From Vitrella brassicaformis CCMP3155 (lineage: Eukaryota; Protista; Chromerida): DNA of 56,405 bases. Both the position numbers and the translations under genes were made by a program. The DNA lies in assembly GCA_001179505.1 (NCBI GenBank), contig CDMY01000535.1, positions 1 to 56,405 on the forward strand, written 5' to 3'. Shown here one piece after another: positions 50,901 through 56,405 of the stretch. Numbering within the stretch: position 1 is the stretch's first letter; every line of letters begins with the position of its first letter. The notes beneath the pieces are model-generated. The model worked only from the letters and a program-made list of their open reading frames with translations. It made no database searches and was not told where the DNA came from.

Positions 50901-51537
50901 ATGAGCGAACAGGCACGCGCCTCGAAGCACCAACACGTGACGCAACCATGCGCATCATCCACTCTCCTTCTTTCTCTGTGTGTTGGTACTGATTGGTGGA
51001 CCGTTTCAGATAGAACGCGGGTTCCTCGTGCAGCTTGTGGCCAAAGATGGCGCAGTCCAGGACGTCGCCCACGACTGGTTGAGCTTCACGAGTGGCATCA
51101 GCTCATCGAAACTGAAAGGACTCATCCATGCCGCGTGCGCACCGCTTTTGAATAATGTGGGACTCTGCGAGATGCGCATCCGAGACCACCCCGATTTCCT
51201 GGACCAAGTGACTGCTGACAGCTTTCCAGGCCATGGACGGGAGGGGCAGGAGCCAATTGTCATCACAGTTGCCCTTCAGCGTGAGATTACCTGGTCCGAC
51301 ATTCTCTCTGCTGTGCGTTCGGGGCTACAAGCATTACGTTTGTTTTTCTCGCCGGCTTCGGACAGCACCCCTGGGCAGGCTATATCCTCACCGCTGCCGT
51401 CATCTTCATTGGCGAGCTCAACGAGCGATTCCTGCACTGTGTCGGGAGGCCATTTCGTCAGAGCTGCGAGGGCCCCTGAGGGGCGGCAAAACAGGGAAGG
51501 CAGCGTGACGACGCCGCTTCTGTACAATCACACGTGA
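50901..51537 (+). CDS. Hypothetical protein divergent from ALAS (5' end uncertain)
   Basis: An open, coding-like exon IERGFLVQLVAKDGAVQDVAHDWLSFTSGISSSKLKGLIHAAC... follows the acceptor tttcag. A short upstream exon MSEQARASKHQH| fits in phase 0. Confidence 0.4.
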
Positions 51538-52591
51538 GTTGAGTGGCTGAGAGTGCTGCAGCCATGAGCATGGAGCTGCCGTCCTGCGCGGGTGTGGTGT
51601 GGTGCTGTGGTGGCCTACCCGGTATGCAAGCGCACCAAGTGTGCAGATATGTCTTGTTCGACCGCTGTATGTGTTTGTCGCGCTCAGGTGTGTCTGATGC
51701 AGTCCGTGGCCCGTGTGAGACGACTGTTGCTCTTTCATCTTCCCCTGCACACCGCCAGCGGCAACTTGAGTGAAGCCATGAAGAACTCTGAGGCAGCCCC
51801 AGTGCAGCAGGGAGGAAGAGTCGGGGGCGTGGTGTGTGCGTGTGATGATTCTCTGCGTAGCGGCTTAGCTGCCCGTCTCTGTTTTGTCCGAATACTGTTC
51901 GTGTCTGTCGTCCGTTGGTTGCGTTTCCGTTCCGCTGCGTTGGGGTGGTGTGGTGTGCGTCTTCTGCAGTGCCGGTGGGGCCATTGCATGGCTCCTGATG
52001 GCACTCAAATGGCTGAGATCACCATCGCAGCGGATGGAAACGACACGGGCGTTGTGTGTGAACGAGTCCCTAGCGTGCCTTCGTCAGTGTGCGTTTGCCT
52101 GCTTGTGTCCGTTGGCTGTGGCGGCTGGCTGGCTGTCCCTGCATATAAAATGTAGGCAGCGATGCGCACGTGCCGTCTGTACGCGGCATGTGGCCTATGC
52201 ACCGCTGTCTATGGGTTATATGGCAGGGCGGCTGGCGCTCCAACAAACAGCACATCTGCCGCCGTTCATCTGATTTATACACCGTACAGCTAGATTGGGT
52301 TCCCATTGCGCGTGTATCTGTGACGGGATTGCAGCTGTGACGATTGAGTAGTGTGCATCCGGGAGCTGACACGTGACAGAAGGCATTTCACGCCGTCTGT
52401 CTGACGTGTTGGTGACCGACGGCACACCACTCCGTCGACGGCAGCAAGAGGTGACATGAAAACTCGCCGTTTCTTTTCGCCATGTGCAGTTTTTTATGTC
52501 TTCATAGGGCCGTCTTCCTTCCTTGGTGTTTGTAGTAGGGACATTCATTACGAGCACAGCTATCTACATGTGGAGACATTTACGTGAGCGT

Positions 52592-54185
52592 TGAATGCGG
52601 TCAATAAGTCTTCTCTCGTGTCTCTTCAAAACAGAAGGCAGCGAGAAACACACGAGTGGCGCCCGTTCCCGGGCCCTCGTCCTGCCCCTCTCACCTCACC
52701 CCCTGTCCCACTCAGCTCACTGCATGAGTCTGAACACCTCTATCTCGTCAGCAACGAACATGCGCATCTGATATCCCATCACCGGAAGAAAGGGATGCAC
52801 GGTGTCAGCTGACCGCCGTCCTCTCCCATTTCACTCCTCCGCAGCACCTCCGGACTCCACACGGCTGGTTGTGTGCTCGCGAGACCGAGACGCACTGGAG
52901 CGTCACTGAGGGCGACTGGAAGGTTGGGGCAGATGGTCCGGATGCCTTGAAGATGAGACAGGCCGCCTCTTAGTGATTTAAGGCCCGCGGGCCTCGGGAC
53001 TCTCTACAAGACGCGGTGCGGCCGGCTGCAGGCTGGTGTTGATGTAGAAGCCGTCCATGTAAACCACACCCAAGTCCACGTCTCCATTTGCGCGGATGAG
53101 GAACAGCAGGGGGGTCGCATGGCCAACACGACAAAGCATGTCAGTGTATGCAAAGCCGTGCACCGTCGCCCTGCAGCCACATACGAGAGAAGAACATTGC
53201 ATGTCCAAGGTGACAGACCGCTTATTCTGTATACTCCACATTACTTGAAGAGCAGTTGGATGCGTGTGCCCGTCTTCCGTAGTACGGCCACCAGCTGACT
53301 GGCAGATGCGATCACAGAAGGACTGGGGATGCACGGCCCATCGCCATGCAGCCGCTCCATCGCCAGGCCGTGTCTCTCCATCGCCGCCATGAGTGGTGCC
53401 TTCAGCCGTCGGGAGGCATTGGAGGCGTCGACCACACTCATGGGCGCAGCAGCACGCATGCAGCCGGCAAAGTCGATGGCGAGCGCATCGGCTGAGACCT
53501 TGGGTGGGAGCCAAGGCAGGTAACGCGAGAGCAGGGCCACGGTGGCCGCCAGGTTGGTGTTCATCAGCTGCCTTTGATGCGGGCGTTCTGTTCGCATCAG
53601 TGTTGCCTCCAGCAGGTCGGCCATCGACGACAAGGCAAACGCCGCCCTCCGCATCTATTGGACAGATTGGAAAGCGACATAGATAGTGATTCGGAGTGCA
53701 CATCTAACTCCATTTCTCCCCCCCACCTTACAGTTGCGATGTCATTGGCTGTTAGGTGATGGCCCAGGTATCGGATGGACCTGCCCGTGCACCATCCGCC
53801 CGGGCGCAAATCGCCGGACACGTGCTGCCTTGAGCTCATCCAGATGGAACGGGTCAGATAGCACCACCGTCAGCTGAATGATGGACTGGATCTCGAGAAC
53901 CGACCACATGCTCGACAGAATGAGCGCCCGGATCGATGACATTGGCCGATGGCACTGAAATTAGTGAGACACGGAGACACAAAGATGTAACCTGATCAGC
54001 GGGTGTACATATTCTTCATTCCTCGAAAAATCCTTTATATATGAGAGTCTCATGTATGGCCGACGTGTCCCGATCGATTTCGGTGCGCTGTCGTGAGTCT
54101 TTCATTTCCGTGTATCAGCTTTTGTGTCTTTTTGTGAATGCGGTGAATAAGTCATCTTCTCTCATGTCTCCTCAAAACAGAAGGC
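52592..54185 (+). repeat. ~50 bp direct repeats (52592-52639 and 54135-54185) flanking the TLDc-like gene
   Basis: tgaatgcggtcaataagtc---ttctctcgtgtctcttcaaaacagaaggc versus tgaatgcggtgaataagtcatcttctctcatgtctcctcaaaacagaaggc. Confidence 0.85.
52978..53839 (-). pseudogene. F-box-like plus TLDc-like domain gene, C-terminally disrupted
   Basis: Introns 53655-53731 and 53171-53244 give ...IRYLGHHLTANDIAT|MRRAAFALSSMADLLE...RIQLLFK|ATVHGFAYTDMLCRVGHATPLLFLIRANGD...FYINTSLQP, which resembles the TLDc start LLYRASRDGF...PTLLLIK...FG.F. The frame stops at 52978. A plausible continuation (EAACLIFKASG...) lies in another frame behind a TAA. Confidence 0.55.
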
Positions 54186-54368
54186 TGCACGGCCACATTC
54201 CGAAATATCTTGCAGAGAGAGAGAGTAAGATGCGCAAGTCGTACAAACGTGTGCCGTGTGAATCTTTTATATATGAGAGTCTCGTTGATGGTCTTGTTGA
54301 TGGCCGACGAGTCTCGATCGATTTCGCGCGCTGTCGCAAGCCTCTCATTTCTTATCAGCTTTTGTGTT
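54029..54368 (+). repeat. ~100 bp degenerate direct repeat, period ~232 bp
   Basis: aatc(c/t)tttatatatgagagtctc...atggccgacg.gtc.cgatcgatttcg..cgctgtcg...tcattt...tatcagcttttgtgt occurs at 54029 and at 54261. Confidence 0.85.
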
Positions 54369-54519
54369 CTCCGACGTGTGTTGTGGACCACCATAAAAAA
54401 GGGACCGGCTTCTTTAGTCCGCTGGCTAGAAATCACGTCACGCGCTCCATCCGCTCCAATACGACGCCCATCTTTCCTGCAGCAAGGAAAACACACAAAC
54501 AACACCACATCTCTCGGTC

Positions 54520-55790
54520 TCAATTCGTATTCGGTCTGGTCACACCTTTGTTGTCGAAATATGCCGGCCGCGTCATTCGGAGTCCTTCCCGTTTAGTGAG
54601 CTTGATGAAGGAGTCGAAAAGCAGCTGCTTGCCAATGTCCTCATCCCTGAAGCAAGATGAGGAGTTCAAACCAGCAGATGACACTTCAGGCTGCTTGATG
54701 AAGGAGTCGAACCAGCAGATGTCGGCCTGAAGTGTTTTGTGGCGCGAGCAGACCGTGCCCGGAAGTGGCGCCTTGCAGTCGCATCCATAGCCGTCGAATA
54801 AAGCCTGAAGACACAAACCATCGGTACCCCCAACAAGCAAGAAATGTGTATAGATGTAAATATATGTCTTATTCCGGTGCATCGGAATGTTAGTGACAAT
54901 GACTATGCCGCCCTGACAGACATTATAGCCACACACATATACACACACAGAGAGATCAACGCTCTGTGTGTGTACCGGCGCGAGGAGGGACCAAATATTT
55001 TGCCAGAATGAGGTGGCGACCTTCCATCGTCGCGGCACGGTCTTACGCATCTCCTCGAGGCCAATCCCATCCAGCCAATGTGTCGCGATATCCCAAAAGA
55101 TGTCCTGCCGAATACGAAGCACGAGGGCAGAAATAAGAGAGAATACTTAATGTCTATTACCCTCAGTTTCTAACCTGATCACAATAGACGAGTACGATGG
55201 TCTTGAAGTGGTTGAGTGGCAGTCAGAGTGAAGTGTGCGCAGAAGAAATCTGCACGATTTTTATGGAAGAGATATGCTGAGTGAATAAGTAAGGATTCGT
55301 TTTTGTGTGTCTCTGATCTACCTGTCGAGTATTGGTAAGGTCGAGCTGCCAGAAGTGCGGCATGATGGGTAGGTCTGCAAGGTCAGACCAGGGCACAGTG
55401 TAAGCAGGCCTGTCTCAACCCCTGGCCCTGAATCTCGTTTCGTTAAAGTCCCTAGCATCCTCAACAAGGTGGTCGTCTGCCGTCTTGTACTGCACCAATT
55501 TTTCGTTTTTCCGGTATCCGCTGAGCTTGCGCGGCAGCAGCACATCTTCCTCATTATCGATGAACGCCAACTTGGTGAACATCGTGTCGATTGTCCTGTC
55601 AAAGTAGACGGACAGTGAACATATAATGATATGAGGACATGCAGTGCCATGCACAGCATGTGTCGACACGCATACGGCACTACGCATGCATATGCCGACC
55701 CGATGTGCATGTGTAACTCCTGGAAGAGATAGTAGGTCAGCTCCGTGCCCTGCCCGAGGCCGTGAATGGGAGCGTGGCATCCTGATGCAA
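54520..55790 (-). pseudogene. Spliced gene of unknown family interrupted by two in-frame TGA codons
   Basis: Phase-compatible chain GCHAPIHGLGQGTELTYYLFQE|TIDTMFTKLAFIDNEEDVLLPRKLSGYRK...RFRARG*DRPAYTVPW...TNTRQ|ISSAHTSL*LPLNHFKTIVLVYCDQ|DIFWDIATHWLDG...WSLLAP|GGIVIVTNIP...CDCKAPLPGTVCSRH... The TGAs are at 55415-55417 and 55223-55225. Confidence 0.55.
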
Positions 55791-56405
55791 GGAATAGCAA
55801 GGAATGTCACACTGCAGTGTTGCGTGCATGTAAACGAAGTCTATGCCACCGAGCAGAACGTCGGGGACGTCGGGAGCGACAGGCGGAGGCCCCTGCCGAG
55901 CCAAGCCGATGGCACTGGAGACATCGTGGCGGCGCCAGCCCAGAGTCACTGGGAGGCAGGTCAGCAGTGTCACTAGCAAGGCCGGCACATACAAGGCCGC
56001 CAAAGCAACACAATGATGGGGCGACATGATGAAAGGCTGCTTTTGATGCCTTCTCCCGTGAGGCATTTCACGGATTTCCTAAGCTCCGGAGCCCTCTGTG
56101 TCGGGCTAGAGAGCCAAAGCATAGAGATCCAGCCCACATTTTTTTTTATCCAAGTGGAGAGATAATTGACAGATGGCATCCATGCACTCGCTTGTCCAAA
56201 TCGCCTCCATGAATCTATCCACATATGCCTATGCACAAAGGGCACGCTCACTTATCCGATGAGAACACCCCAGCCCCGTCCATCGCCCTAACACCACGCC
56301 ATGACTGCCTCCCGCCCCTCAAACACAGGCTAGCAGCCCGCACCAATGCAACAGACAAACGAGCACGCAGCCACCCATGCACCCGCCCTCGCCCCCTATC
56401 TGACC

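Larger units (their letters stand above)
1..56405. repeat. Intronic and intergenic microsatellites (CA/GT, CCAT/ATGG, AGAC/GTCT, GA/TC) throughout
   Basis: Most introns carry such arrays, e.g. (ac)n at 25318-25345, (gagt)n near 49848-49868 and (ggtc)n near 48322-48350. They mark intron positions reliably. Confidence 0.95.

Noticed and set aside
54041-54730. 229 aa plus-strand ORF
   Set aside because: It runs through noncoding-looking direct repeats and overlaps the minus-strand spliced gene antisense. No recognisable motif.

Overview
This is eukaryotic, GC-rich, gene-dense DNA with many short GT-AG introns (mostly about 70-120 nt) filled with CA/GT, CCAT and AGAC microsatellites. That intron style, a mitochondrial-type ALAS and two proteins with bipartite plastid-targeting leaders point to a chromerid alga, most likely Vitrella brassicaformis (inference). 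Gene models below were spliced by hand using phase-compatible GT-AG sites. Conserved genes: a ~15 kb C2CD3-like centriolar gene with an internal EF-hand array, a class I/II aminotransferase (KYAT/GTK type), a GNL3/Nug1 GTPase, a DUF1995 (LPA3-like) protein and 5-aminolevulinate synthase. Lineage-specific or accessory content: a head-to-head inverted pair of small secreted 6-Cys protein genes whose Cys exon has diverged faster than its introns, a tandem SAM-like protein with a CRE-type retrotransposon fragment just after its stop codon, a ~1,580 aa MGNCC-led RING protein with an unrecognised core, a disrupted F-box-like/TLDc gene, and a spliced gene interrupted by two in-frame TGA codons. There is one 300-N assembly gap. 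I saw no rRNA, tRNA or CRISPR array. Most long ORFs in the supplied track are antisense or intron-spanning artefacts.
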